The position numbers and the translations under genes are program-made. A stretch of DNA of 64,000 bases from a virus (Duplodnaviria > Caudoviricetes), in IMG/VR virus record IMGVR_UViG_3300037424_000564, positions 128,001 through 192,000 of that record; one strand, given 5' to 3'. Below the pieces are notes generated by a model that made no database searches, was not told the DNA's origin, and saw only the letters and a list, made by a program, of their open reading frames with translations. This document shows positions 38,204 to 47,267 of this stretch, piece after piece; the first letter of the stretch is position 1, and each line of letters opens with the position of its first letter.

Positions 38204-38215
38204 AATCGTATGTCC

Positions 38216-38857
38216 TTAACTGTAGTATTTCTTTTGAACTTCTTCATCAAATCCATAATCAATAATGACTGGTTTGCCCTTATAGATTCCCCAATTGGCT
38301 AATCTAGTGAAGTCTCCTGTCAAGAAACCAAAATTACCCACCATATCTATTACTTCGTTATAAATTTCAGATTCTCTAATTTCTTCTTGTTCTTCTTCAG
38401 GTACACCATATGTGAAATTTCTATTATAACGATTTCCATTATTTTCAACTTCCCATTGTTGTAACATTTTTCCAAAATTAACAAAATTCAAACCAGTAAG
38501 AGCTTTAAATTTAGAAGCAGTCAATTTATCTGCTTTCTCGAACTGAATCCATCTTGGAGGGTCATTATCATCATCATGATCAATTAAAGGAATTAAAACA
38601 CTCCCATGCATATTATGTAAGCCATAATCTGCTTCTTTTTCATTCTGTGCTAATCCTTTAGCATTTTTTGCTACTTTAAGAACAGTTTCTCTACCCTCAA
38701 AAGGAATAATAAAAGCAACTCTAGAAGAGCCAGTTCCTATTTTAGCTGCTCGTTCTAAAGCATAATCTAATTGCTTTTTAAAAGATCCTTTAAATGCTTC
38801 TTTATCCCAATCAGGAGGTAAAGGCATTTCATTTAAAAATTGTGTAAATGATTTCAT
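38216..38857 (-). CDS. Protein-kinase-like fold protein with capsid-targeting-like N-terminus
   Basis: IGTGSSRVAF Gly loop, VLKVAK, QNEKE, D...NWG, VIIDYG; starts MKSFTQFLNE. Confidence 0.8.
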   Translation of the reverse strand: MKSFTQFLNEMPLPPDWDKEAFKGSFKKQLDYALERAAKIGTGSSRVAFIIPFEGRETVLKVAKNAKGLAQNEKEADYGLHNMHGSVLIPLIDHDDDNDPPRWIQFEKADKLTASKFKALTGLNFVNFGKMLQQWEVENNGNRYNRNFTYGVPEEEQEEIRESEIYNEVIDMVGNFGFLTGDFTRLANWGIYKGKPVIIDYGFDEEVQKKYYS

Positions 38858-38893
38858 AAATTTCCTCATATATAGTTTACTTTATTTATTAAA

Positions 38894-38932
38894 AAATAAA
38901 AAGGCATATCGTTAAGACATGCCTTTTTATTT
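38894..38932 (-). terminator. Intrinsic terminator
   Basis: AATAAAAAGGCAT...ATGCCTTTTTATT. Confidence 0.8.
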
Positions 38933-38950
38933 TCTCTATTATTTTAATTA

Positions 38951-39256
38951 TTAAAGATATTTACTATATCCATGCATTTTTTCTTGTGAAATCATATTCT
39001 CTGTAAACAATTTTGTTTTTGAGTTTAAACCTACCATGATAAGTTCAATTAAATCATTATTATCGATAGAACTTATTATAGAATCAAACGATTTGTTTAA
39101 TAAAGTAACAAATTGTTTCATATCATTATTAGATTTTTGTAAATAATCTACATAGTTTTTATGTTCTTTGTTAATTGTCTCTAATGAGATTATATTATTT
39201 TTTAGATTTTTGATTTGTACTTCATAATCTTGAATAATTTTTTCTTCATCGCTCAT
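38951..39256 (-). CDS. Coiled-coil hypothetical protein
   Basis: 101 aa with heptad pattern. Confidence 0.55.
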   Translation of the reverse strand: MSDEEKIIQDYEVQIKNLKNNIISLETINKEHKNYVDYLQKSNNDMKQFVTLLNKSFDSIISSIDNNDLIELIMVGLNSKTKLFTENMISQEKMHGYSKYL

Positions 39257-39267
39257 AATTTTTCTCC

Positions 39268-40152
39268 TTATGCTACCACCTTTTCTACTGCAACAACTCT
39301 ACCATCTTGAACATGAGTTTCAATCCAACCAATTTCACTTGGTTCATATCCAGCAACTTCAGCATAACTGATTGCATATGTACCGGGATCGCTGTATAGC
39401 TTCAAGAAGCTACCTGAACAACCATACCATCGACTATCAGGTGGAATATAATCAGCATTTTGTTCTGTGAGAACATGATAATGTTGTTTAATACTAACAC
39501 CATCATCTGTTAAGAATAATTTATCTTCAATAGTAGGATCTACTACTATTAATTGGTGAGTATGACCACAACTCATGTAAATACAGTCACTAAATCCACT
39601 CTTGCACATTTTATTTTTCAGTGATGCTTTTTTATTAGCAAGTCTTTGGATATCATCTTTAGCATTACTGTTAATATTTCCGTATCCGTGAGTAAAGAAC
39701 ATTTTATGCATTAATTGATTTTTCTTATCAACAGCAGTAAACTTAAAGGCATATGTGCCATAAGGAACATCTAATTGATTAGCAATATATCTACCAAAGT
39801 CCATAGTGTTCAATAGTTTATACTCATGATTTCCGAATCCCCAACCAACAATCTTATCTCTAATTGGCATAAAATCTTTTACAACTGCATCTGCTTGTTG
39901 GATCGGTGTCATTAGATTATCTTTAATATCTAATGAACAACTTGCATATCGTTTATCATTAGGTAGAATAGCTTCAATCGAATCTCCTTTATTGACCAAG
40001 AAATAATCTTTTCTAGATGCTACTTTGTTGATCATTTCTTTGATGCTATCTCTAGCACAATTCGCACTTCCATAATGATAATCTGAACTATCGATTAATA
40101 CATAATCTCTCGGCATTACTTTTTTAATTAATTCCATTAATTTTCCTCTCAA
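39268..40152 (-). CDS. Calcineurin-like metallophosphoesterase
   Basis: DYHYG, GDSIE, GNHE, FTHG, GHTH. Confidence 0.85.
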   Translation of the reverse strand: MRGKLMELIKKVMPRDYVLIDSSDYHYGSANCARDSIKEMINKVASRKDYFLVNKGDSIEAILPNDKRYASCSLDIKDNLMTPIQQADAVVKDFMPIRDKIVGWGFGNHEYKLLNTMDFGRYIANQLDVPYGTYAFKFTAVDKKNQLMHKMFFTHGYGNINSNAKDDIQRLANKKASLKNKMCKSGFSDCIYMSCGHTHQLIVVDPTIEDKLFLTDDGVSIKQHYHVLTEQNADYIPPDSRWYGCSGSFLKLYSDPGTYAISYAEVAGYEPSEIGWIETHVQDGRVVAVEKVVA

Positions 40153-40160
40153 TATTTAAA

Positions 40161-40415
40161 TTACCAAACAAATTCTACAGAACCTTCCATACAATTTATA
40201 CATTTTGTTACGCTAGTTCTTTCTATTAATGGTCTTCCACATCTAATACATCGATTATTTTCTTTTCTTTTTTTGCGTACTCGTATTGCTTGTATTCTGT
40301 CATTTTCTTGACATATGGGACATCGATACGCATATTGTGATTTTTCTCTACCACATCTAACACATAGATTTAATAATTTACGTTTGATGGTTAATTCACT
40401 TTGGGTAGTTTTCAT
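40161..40415 (-). CDS. Small multi-CxxC zinc-finger protein
   Basis: CVRC, CPIC, CIRC, CINC. Confidence 0.75.
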   Translation of the reverse strand: MKTTQSELTIKRKLLNLCVRCGREKSQYAYRCPICQENDRIQAIRVRKKRKENNRCIRCGRPLIERTSVTKCINCMEGSVEFVW

Positions 40416-40449
40416 CTTATTCCTATTATATTTTATATAATGAATATTA

Positions 40450-41172
40450 TCAACTTTTAATATTTGATCTTTTATTCATGAATAAATTTCTATTTCTGAT
40501 AGTGAGTTCGCCTTCATTTTGAATATGATTTGGAGTGTCATAATGATATTGATGAATTGCCTTAACTCCATCATCATTCACCTTTTTAATTCCAGCTTTA
40601 TTTATATCAAGTAAAAATGCATCATCATCATACGCACAACCACTAGCAAAATCTTCATCGAAACCACCAAACTTATCTAAAGATAATTTAGATATTGCTG
40701 CACAAAAATGATAGTATTTTGGTCTATATATGGAATGGTTATACCAACCATCATCACCACCAAAAGTTACTGCTCTATTTTTAAAACTAACCTGATTTAA
40801 TTTAGTGGTAGAGTTTTGTGAATACACAGCAAAGGCATGATAATTATCACGTACATTTTCTTGAACATATTTAACAATATCATCACAATGATAACACTCT
40901 GCATTTTGTATGATAATCAAGTCACCAGAGCATAGTTTGAATCCTATATTAAAAGCCATACAAGGATTGATCCACCATTTTTTCTTTTGAGTTATATTGA
41001 CATGGATAATAGGTAATTCGGGGAATTCTTCAATAATAGGAGTAGCACTATCGCTACTCCCATCATCAACAATAATAATTTCATATGGAATAGTATAATT
41101 AGAAATAGAAGTTAATGTATTTCTTAGTTGACTACTTCGATTGAAGTAAGTCATACATATTGATACTTTCAT
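40450..41172 (-). CDS. GT2-family glycosyltransferase
   Basis: YFNR, EIIIVDDGSSD, FNIG, GGFDEDF..G...DD. Confidence 0.9.
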   Translation of the reverse strand: MKVSICMTYFNRSSQLRNTLTSISNYTIPYEIIIVDDGSSDSATPIIEEFPELPIIHVNITQKKKWWINPCMAFNIGFKLCSGDLIIIQNAECYHCDDIVKYVQENVRDNYHAFAVYSQNSTTKLNQVSFKNRAVTFGGDDGWYNHSIYRPKYYHFCAAISKLSLDKFGGFDEDFASGCAYDDDAFLLDINKAGIKKVNDDGVKAIHQYHYDTPNHIQNEGELTIRNRNLFMNKRSNIKS

Positions 41173-41180
41173 AGTTTACC

Positions 41181-42245
41181 TCAAATAAAATTTGTATGTT
41201 TTGCATCTTTTTTGATGCAATAATTGATGAATTCATTTTTCTTTTCAAACATACAAGGAAGTCTACAAGATTTCCTTGGATTATGATTAGCCATGAAGTT
41301 TTTTGTTTCTGGTGAAAACCACATATCTTCAAATGTTTGTTCTTTGAGATTACCAACATAACCAAGATCATTGTATGCAAGAGTACAACAAGTATATACG
41401 TTAAGATCTGCGCCAATATAAGGTACTAGTGATTTCATGGGGCAGAAGTCATAATTTTGAGTGCCTTCAAATAGATCACCGATTCGATCATTAAATAAAT
41501 TAAAGACAGTGAAGTTTTGATCATTTAGATCTTCAACTGTTTTTAATGTTTCTTGTTTAGCTTCATCAAACCATCCATCGTAATATTTAATTCCAGTATC
41601 AGTGAATGCGGCAGATATTCTAAAGTTATCAACTCCCAATTCTTTGAAAAATTTGGCTGATTGATATACTTCAGTCCAGTTATCTTTAGTAATAACGAAA
41701 CCAATTCCGAACACCATATCTTTAGATTTCTGATCAACTAGAGATTTGACATTGTTTATCATTTTGTGATATTGTTCTTCTTTTACATTTCTAGTTTTAG
41801 CGTATGTAGTTGGAGAGAAGCAATCTACTGAAACTCTAACCCATGAAGCATTAGTTAAAGAATTTATAATACTTTCGTTCCAATTTACTCCATTTGATAC
41901 AAGGCCAAGATCCATCCCACTAACTAAAGTAAGATCAAAAGCACGATCAATATCTTTATGTACAGTTGGTTCACCACCACCAGTAAACTGAATAGCTTTA
42001 ACGCCACAAGTATTCAAACTTGAAATAATATCTAATAATTTCCCTGTTTCCATTTGATCACCACCACCAAAATTTTGTGATGATGAATATCCATGCATAC
42101 GATATGCACAAAAAGAACAATTTTGATTACATCTGTTAGTTGGAACTAAATGTACTTGTAACGGAATTACATGATGCTTCATTTTCATTTGGCTAATTGT
42201 ATTCCCATGATGTACAATTTTATATGGGCTATATTCTTCGTTCAT
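41181..42245 (-). CDS. Radical SAM protein with SPASM-like C-terminus
   Basis: CNQNCSFC, FTGGGEPT, CPM...IGADLNVYTCC...GNL...C..C. Confidence 0.93.
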   Translation of the reverse strand: MNEEYSPYKIVHHGNTISQMKMKHHVIPLQVHLVPTNRCNQNCSFCAYRMHGYSSSQNFGGGDQMETGKLLDIISSLNTCGVKAIQFTGGGEPTVHKDIDRAFDLTLVSGMDLGLVSNGVNWNESIINSLTNASWVRVSVDCFSPTTYAKTRNVKEEQYHKMINNVKSLVDQKSKDMVFGIGFVITKDNWTEVYQSAKFFKELGVDNFRISAAFTDTGIKYYDGWFDEAKQETLKTVEDLNDQNFTVFNLFNDRIGDLFEGTQNYDFCPMKSLVPYIGADLNVYTCCTLAYNDLGYVGNLKEQTFEDMWFSPETKNFMANHNPRKSCRLPCMFEKKNEFINYCIKKDAKHTNFI

Positions 42246-42814
42246 TCTTTCTCCTTACATTCAAATATAAAAAATCTTCCTTCTTTGTTAATAATTTTTA
42301 CAGATTTAAAATAACTAGATAATATTTTGTACCACCAATCAACATTTTCTTTAATTGGGTGTAATTCTATTCCACACTGAACATCACTATGATTAGCTAT
42401 CCCAAATAGACATCTTTTTGATAATTTCAAACACGCAATAATAAAATCATCAATCTCATTATATTGTATATGTTCCATAACGTCAAAACAATATAAACAA
42501 TCATATACAATATTATCATCTGCATACTCAACTACGCCAATATTTTTATGTGGTAGTTTTGAAAGATATTTATCACAGCAAACTTTGCTAATTTCAATAC
42601 CAAAAACATTTAAATTTTTATTTAAAAAATACGTAAGAGCATTACCTGAACCACAACCAGCATCTAATATAGAATTATGGTCGCCTGCTAATATAAATTC
42701 TTCTATAAATTCATATTTATTTGGAGTAGGTGGATTATAGTTAGGGTTATTTTTATATACTAAATTATAAATTTCGCTATTTTTCATTTTATAATCATTC
42801 CAATTCCACCCCAA
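42242..42814 (-). CDS. Class I SAM-dependent methyltransferase
   Basis: ILDAGCGSG, GIEIS, CFDVMEHI. Confidence 0.9.
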   Translation of the reverse strand: MGWNWNDYKMKNSEIYNLVYKNNPNYNPPTPNKYEFIEEFILAGDHNSILDAGCGSGNALTYFLNKNLNVFGIEISKVCCDKYLSKLPHKNIGVVEYADDNIVYDCLYCFDVMEHIQYNEIDDFIIACLKLSKRCLFGIANHSDVQCGIELHPIKENVDWWYKILSSYFKSVKIINKEGRFFIFECKEKE

Positions 42815-43326
42815 GTAGCACCTGAAATAAATTCTTCATATTTATAATCATGTTTAACTGAATTCCAAGTATTAGAAACAAAACAATTTTGAATCCTATG
42901 TTCATGTGTATCTACGATATCATGAAAGAAAATCATACCACCATCTTTTACCAAATTGATGTAATTTTCAAAGTCTCGTTTAGCTCCCAATTCAGTATGA
43001 TCACCATCAATGAAGAGGAAGTCTACTTGTTCATTTTTGAAAAAATCTTGTACATTTTTTATAACATTTTCTGAGGTAGAATTACCAATAAAGAACTTAT
43101 GTTCACAGTTATTTTCAACTTCAGTTGTATCAAAAATTTTACTGATATCAATAGTTCCTAATTTTGAACAAATCTTAGAAAAAGCAATTGTGGTTCCACC
43201 AGTATAACAACCAATTTCTAATCCTACTGCTCCTTCTGGAATTCTATTAAGAACTTCTTTAAATTCGCTTTCGATTTGTTGAATTTTATACTGTTTACAT
43301 TTTTGCCATAAATCATCTGTTTTCAT
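42784..43326 (-). CDS. Methyltransf_24-like methyltransferase
   Basis: LEIGCYTGGT, GNS, DFLFIDGDH, GGMIFFHD. Confidence 0.9.
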   Translation of the reverse strand: MKTDDLWQKCKQYKIQQIESEFKEVLNRIPEGAVGLEIGCYTGGTTIAFSKICSKLGTIDISKIFDTTEVENNCEHKFFIGNSTSENVIKNVQDFFKNEQVDFLFIDGDHTELGAKRDFENYINLVKDGGMIFFHDIVDTHEHRIQNCFVSNTWNSVKHDYKYEEFISGATWGGIGMIIK

Positions 43327-44116
43327 ATTTCATACTTTCTTTCCATTTATTAAATTTTTTATTGATTTCGTTTAGTGAAGGTGATAAATATCCTGTTGAA
43401 TAATTTCCATGTGAACAGAAATATGAAGGTTCGTATCCCATCATATCAGCAATATGACTGAAATCTCGTTCAAAAAAATATCTATCGGAATATTCATTTA
43501 TGTTCGTTGTGAAAAATGAATCATCTACATTACTTATAAATCTTTTGAGTATGTGATTTTTGAGTATGAAGAAAGTATTAATATAATAATATTCCATGAC
43601 TGGATATTTTAATATATCATCTGATATAAATCTACGCATTGAAGACATTTTGCCGATATCGTTGCCGATATTAGTACATGTTAAGAAAGGTGCATAAGAT
43701 CCTACTTTTTCATCTGCTAGACTTTCTTTTATTAAAGTACCATCAAATAGTAATTTAAACATATGTTGACGTAATTGATCATTATTTGATGTAATGCCTT
43801 TTGTGTGACAGAAATAGCATCTATCAAAATTCATATCAGATTCTTTATATAGTTCTAATGCAGCAATAAATGAGGATGCATCAGAATCTATCATCATTTC
43901 TGGTGTAACTCTTCTGGTTTTAATTTTGAGATTACCTTTAGATTTACGAATGAATTCTTCTGTTTCAGGGATTGAATTTGATTGGATTCCGATGAATACT
44001 GTTTGTCCAGTTTCTTTTCGACTTAAGTATTCTAGAATTTCTTTGAGGACATATCTTTTTTTGATGCTTGGTAGATAACAAGCTAATAATATACAATTAT
44101 TCATTATTTCATCCAT
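43313..44116 (-). CDS. Hypothetical glycan-related protein
   Basis: FCHTKG and FFER motifs seen in polysaccharide-synthesis proteins; lies inside the GT cluster. Confidence 0.45.
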   Translation of the reverse strand: MDEIMNNCILLACYLPSIKKRYVLKEILEYLSRKETGQTVFIGIQSNSIPETEEFIRKSKGNLKIKTRRVTPEMMIDSDASSFIAALELYKESDMNFDRCYFCHTKGITSNNDQLRQHMFKLLFDGTLIKESLADEKVGSYAPFLTCTNIGNDIGKMSSMRRFISDDILKYPVMEYYYINTFFILKNHILKRFISNVDDSFFTTNINEYSDRYFFERDFSHIADMMGYEPSYFCSHGNYSTGYLSPSLNEINKKFNKWKESMKYENR

Positions 44117-44940
44117 CTATATTTAAAATCTTTAGCAGTAGATGATTTTAAATATGTAAACTTGACATCAGATTTGTATTTTTCAATATTTTCCATTAAT
44201 TTAGGAACATTTTTTTCGCGGAAAGAATCTTTGAAATCTCTATATTCCTTTTCATTAACTTCTTCCATTCCATCAGAAGCTTTAAATCCCGGTTGAGTTG
44301 TGTCAATAATAGCCGCTTTACCAGCAGGAAGATGGAAGAAAGCATCTTCGTCTTCCATATATGCGTTATGCTTGCCTCTGACAGCTAATCTGATATAATA
44401 GTCAGCATCCTCTTCCCCATAAGTTTGATAACTATTTTCATTAAAATATCCAATCAAATTCTCTATATAATCAGATATTAAAACACAAGCACCACCTATA
44501 TTTCCACCTTTAACTCTCATGTTAATATCGTTGTCAGAAAAATTAATAGGATAAGATACTGGTTCGACATTATACCCAATTGTACCAAACTTTGGATATT
44601 TTTGTAGGAAAAGCACCATATCATCTAACCATCCAACTTTTTGTGCAACCATATCATTATCAAGTTTTAAGAAATATTTTGCGTTTGGTTCTTTTGTCCA
44701 TGCAGCATTAGCACCTTTGGCAACACCAACATTTTTAGGATTTAGACAAAGATTGTCAATTAGATTTGATTCTTTGAGGGATTTGAGATATTCAGCAGAA
44801 CCATCAGTAGATCCTTGATCTATGACAGTAATTTTGAAAGGATATTTCCCTTTTGTTTGATGGATAGCTTCAATGCATTGTTTGGTATAATTTAATCTAT
44901 TAAATGATAAAATACCAATATTCACGAATTCTTTTTTCAT
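44104..44940 (-). CDS. GT2-family glycosyltransferase
   Basis: LSFNR, VIDQGSTDGS, NVGVAKGAN, LDND, YGEEDADY. Confidence 0.9.
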   Translation of the reverse strand: MKKEFVNIGILSFNRLNYTKQCIEAIHQTKGKYPFKITVIDQGSTDGSAEYLKSLKESNLIDNLCLNPKNVGVAKGANAAWTKEPNAKYFLKLDNDMVAQKVGWLDDMVLFLQKYPKFGTIGYNVEPVSYPINFSDNDINMRVKGGNIGGACVLISDYIENLIGYFNENSYQTYGEEDADYYIRLAVRGKHNAYMEDEDAFFHLPAGKAAIIDTTQPGFKASDGMEEVNEKEYRDFKDSFREKNVPKLMENIEKYKSDVKFTYLKSSTAKDFKYRWMK

Positions 44941-44953
44941 TAATTGATTCCTT

Positions 44954-45217
44954 TTACGCAGATTCCCATGGTTCTGCTAATAGTAATGATGATGCGTGTA
45001 TCCACATTCCTTCAGATTTGTTGTTAATATAACACGATGGATTATCACAAATCATAAAATAATTTGATGTTGCTATAATCTTTTCAGATTTTGCCATTAA
45101 TCCAAGATTACACATTGGGCATTTATATATAAAATCTTCGTGCATTTTTTGTTTTCTTTCAAGGAGTAAATTCATATAAGTAAATATCAACATTATGACG
45201 TTGTGATATTTTTTCAA
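44954..45217 (-). CDS. Small zinc-ribbon hypothetical protein
   Basis: CPMC...CDNPSC; likely starts at MHEDF. Confidence 0.45.
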   Translation of the reverse strand: MKKYHNVIMLIFTYMNLLLERKQKMHEDFIYKCPMCNLGLMAKSEKIIATSNYFMICDNPSCYINNKSEGMWIHASSLLLAEPWESA

Positions 45218-45656
45218 TTATCCCATATACAGTAGACCAGTCACCATTAGCTAGACCGCATCCAACTAGATAAGGCATTCCAATTTTATTTCCTTTTTCG
45301 GGGAAATCAGTAATAAGAAATTTAATATTGATAATGCAATCATTAAGTCCTCGTTCAAAAGCAGCATAATCGGTATACACTACATTTGGATCAGCCCCGT
45401 AGTAAAATTGACCATACATATTAAAAATATATTTTTCTAAATTATTGTTTAACATGTGAGTATCTAATGCAAAGCTATAAGATCCCAATTTACATTTAGG
45501 TGTTCTTACATCTTTAATAAAAGATTCATATGCTCTTGGGTAAATTTTTCTAATTTGTCCAGCAATACCACTACCAAATCCACCGTGACAATTACTTTGA
45601 TGGATTATATATCTACAATCAGATATTAATAAATTTCCTTGTATATGATGAATCAT
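45159..45656 (-). CDS. Macro domain protein (ADP-ribose processing)
   Basis: IQGNLL, IHQSNC.G.FGSGIA.QI...YP, NMYGQ, MP..GCGLANGDW. Confidence 0.9.
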   Translation of the reverse strand: MIHHIQGNLLISDCRYIIHQSNCHGGFGSGIAGQIRKIYPRAYESFIKDVRTPKCKLGSYSFALDTHMLNNNLEKYIFNMYGQFYYGADPNVVYTDYAAFERGLNDCIINIKFLITDFPEKGNKIGMPYLVGCGLANGDWSTVYGIIEKISQRHNVDIYLYEFTP

Positions 45657-45658
45657 AT

Positions 45659-46099
45659 TTAATCCTTATAGTTATTTTTCTTATAAACTTTACGCATACG
45701 ATATTCAAAATATCGACCATATCTACCAAGGATAACTGCCATTTGTTCAGGAGTTAATTCTTTCATTTGGGTAATACCTGACATATAATACATTCGAAGA
45801 CCTTCTAAACCAGTTCTGAATTTAGGCTTTCGTAGTAAATTATATGTCAATCTCATTCGTTCTTTTTTCCTACCAACTGTATTAGTTTTCTTCATTACAT
45901 CCATAATATTTTCGTAAAGTTCGATTCTATGCGGTTTGGCTATCCAGTGCATATTAAGTCCTAGAATGGAATCTGGTCTTATATCTATTATAAAAATTAA
46001 AGGAGTTTTGTCATAGACAGGTAATGTACCTTCTCCTATAGCTTTATATCTGAAACTATATACTTTATTATAATCAATTTTCATTTTCCATCTTTTCAA
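45659..46099 (-). CDS. gp2-like DNA end protector, short paralog
   Basis: YSFRY...TLPVYDKTPLIF...LGLNMHW. Confidence 0.7.
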   Translation of the reverse strand: MKRWKMKIDYNKVYSFRYKAIGEGTLPVYDKTPLIFIIDIRPDSILGLNMHWIAKPHRIELYENIMDVMKKTNTVGRKKERMRLTYNLLRKPKFRTGLEGLRMYYMSGITQMKELTPEQMAVILGRYGRYFEYRMRKVYKKNNYKD

Positions 46100-46268
46100 T
46101 TAATTGAATTATCACTTCTTTATTGAATCCATCTTCTTCTTTTGCTTGATACAGCAGATTAAGAATAGCATCCTTCTCGGAAGGACCAAACCCAGAAATA
46201 TTAGGAATCTTATCAACAAATGCGATATATTCGTTGTCTTCAAAATCGTAAGCTACTTTTACTCGCAT
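46074..46268 (-). CDS. HicB-like small protein
   Basis: YDFEDNEYIAFVDKIPNISGFGPSEKDAILNL; CTAAATA upstream at 46280-46286. Confidence 0.65.
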   Translation of the reverse strand: MRVKVAYDFEDNEYIAFVDKIPNISGFGPSEKDAILNLLYQAKEEDGFNKEVIIQLIEKMENEN

Positions 46269-46405
46269 AATACCTCAATTATTTAGATGATGTTAAAACA
46301 GAAAAGATAACATCTTTTCTGTTTCTATAACAAAAATACTATTATAATAGTATTAATATTTAATAAGTGTACAACTCATATAAAATACTATTATACCGGC
46401 ATTAA

Positions 46406-46663
46406 TCATTTAAAAAAATCTTTACTTTGAGTAAATTTGATAACTTGTTTTGCGGATACTGATACAGCTTCGCCAGTTTTAGGATTTCGTGCCATACGAG
46501 CAGGTTTATTTTTAACAACAAAAGAACCTAGACCGGCAATACGTAATCGTTCACCTGACTCAATCCTATCAACAATTCCTTGAATTACACTCTCAACAAC
46601 TTCCTTGCCTAATTTTTTAGTTAGGTTATACTCAGTTGCTACTCTTTCAATTACTTCTTTCAT
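46406..46663 (-). CDS. HU-family DNA-binding protein
   Basis: IAGLGSF...PARMARNPKTGE..V.AK..IKF. Confidence 0.95.
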   Translation of the reverse strand: MKEVIERVATEYNLTKKLGKEVVESVIQGIVDRIESGERLRIAGLGSFVVKNKPARMARNPKTGEAVSVSAKQVIKFTQSKDFFK

Positions 46664-46684
46664 TATAGTTCTCCTTTTGGTTTC

Positions 46685-46933
46685 TTATTTATCCATATTT
46701 ACAGTAAAACATCTATCTTCAATATCCCTGATGATTTTTCTCAAACTTTCTTTGTTTGTCTCAATATCACATGCATTTAAATTATGATATCCTTCAAACA
46801 TAAAATCAAATCCTTTTCTCACATGATAATCAAAAATTATAGTTGCATCACTATCAAACGTGACATTAAAAATGAAGGCATAGCAAGTATATTCTTCGAT
46901 TATGTGTTTTATTTTGAATAAGTAGTCTAGCAT
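46685..46933 (-). CDS. Hypothetical protein
   Basis: 82 aa downstream of promoter 46957-46985 (TTGACA-17 nt-TATATT). Confidence 0.5.
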   Translation of the reverse strand: MLDYLFKIKHIIEEYTCYAFIFNVTFDSDATIIFDYHVRKGFDFMFEGYHNLNACDIETNKESLRKIIRDIEDRCFTVNMDK

Positions 46934-47208
46934 AAAAATTCCTTATGGTTAATGACAATATAACATAATATGATATTAATGTCAATTAAACTCAATATTA
47001 TTTTTATATTTCATATCACGGAAGTCGCCTCTTTTTTCCTTGCGCCCTTCAGCATCTTTCATAATGCGATTGGCAGGGATGGCACTACGCCCACGAACTG
47101 TTTTAAATAGGGCATTTGTGTCAATTTTTTTAGGTGAAGATTTCTTACTCATTATGATTACCTTTCGTTTATATTATTTTATATCCTAGTTTAAATAAAA
47201 TGTCAAAT

Positions 47209-47238
47209 AAAAAAGGACTAGATTTCTCTAGTCCTTTT
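47209..47238 (-). terminator. Intrinsic terminator after major capsid gene
   Basis: AAAAGGACTAGA-TTTC-TCTAGTCCTTTT. Confidence 0.92.
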
Positions 47239-47267
47239 CTTTTAACTTTTTATCTATTTAACTTAAA

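Noticed and set aside
46330-46400. AT-rich palindrome and AAAATACTATTATA direct repeat near HU as a replication origin
   Set aside because: Only two copies in very AT-rich DNA; insufficient evidence
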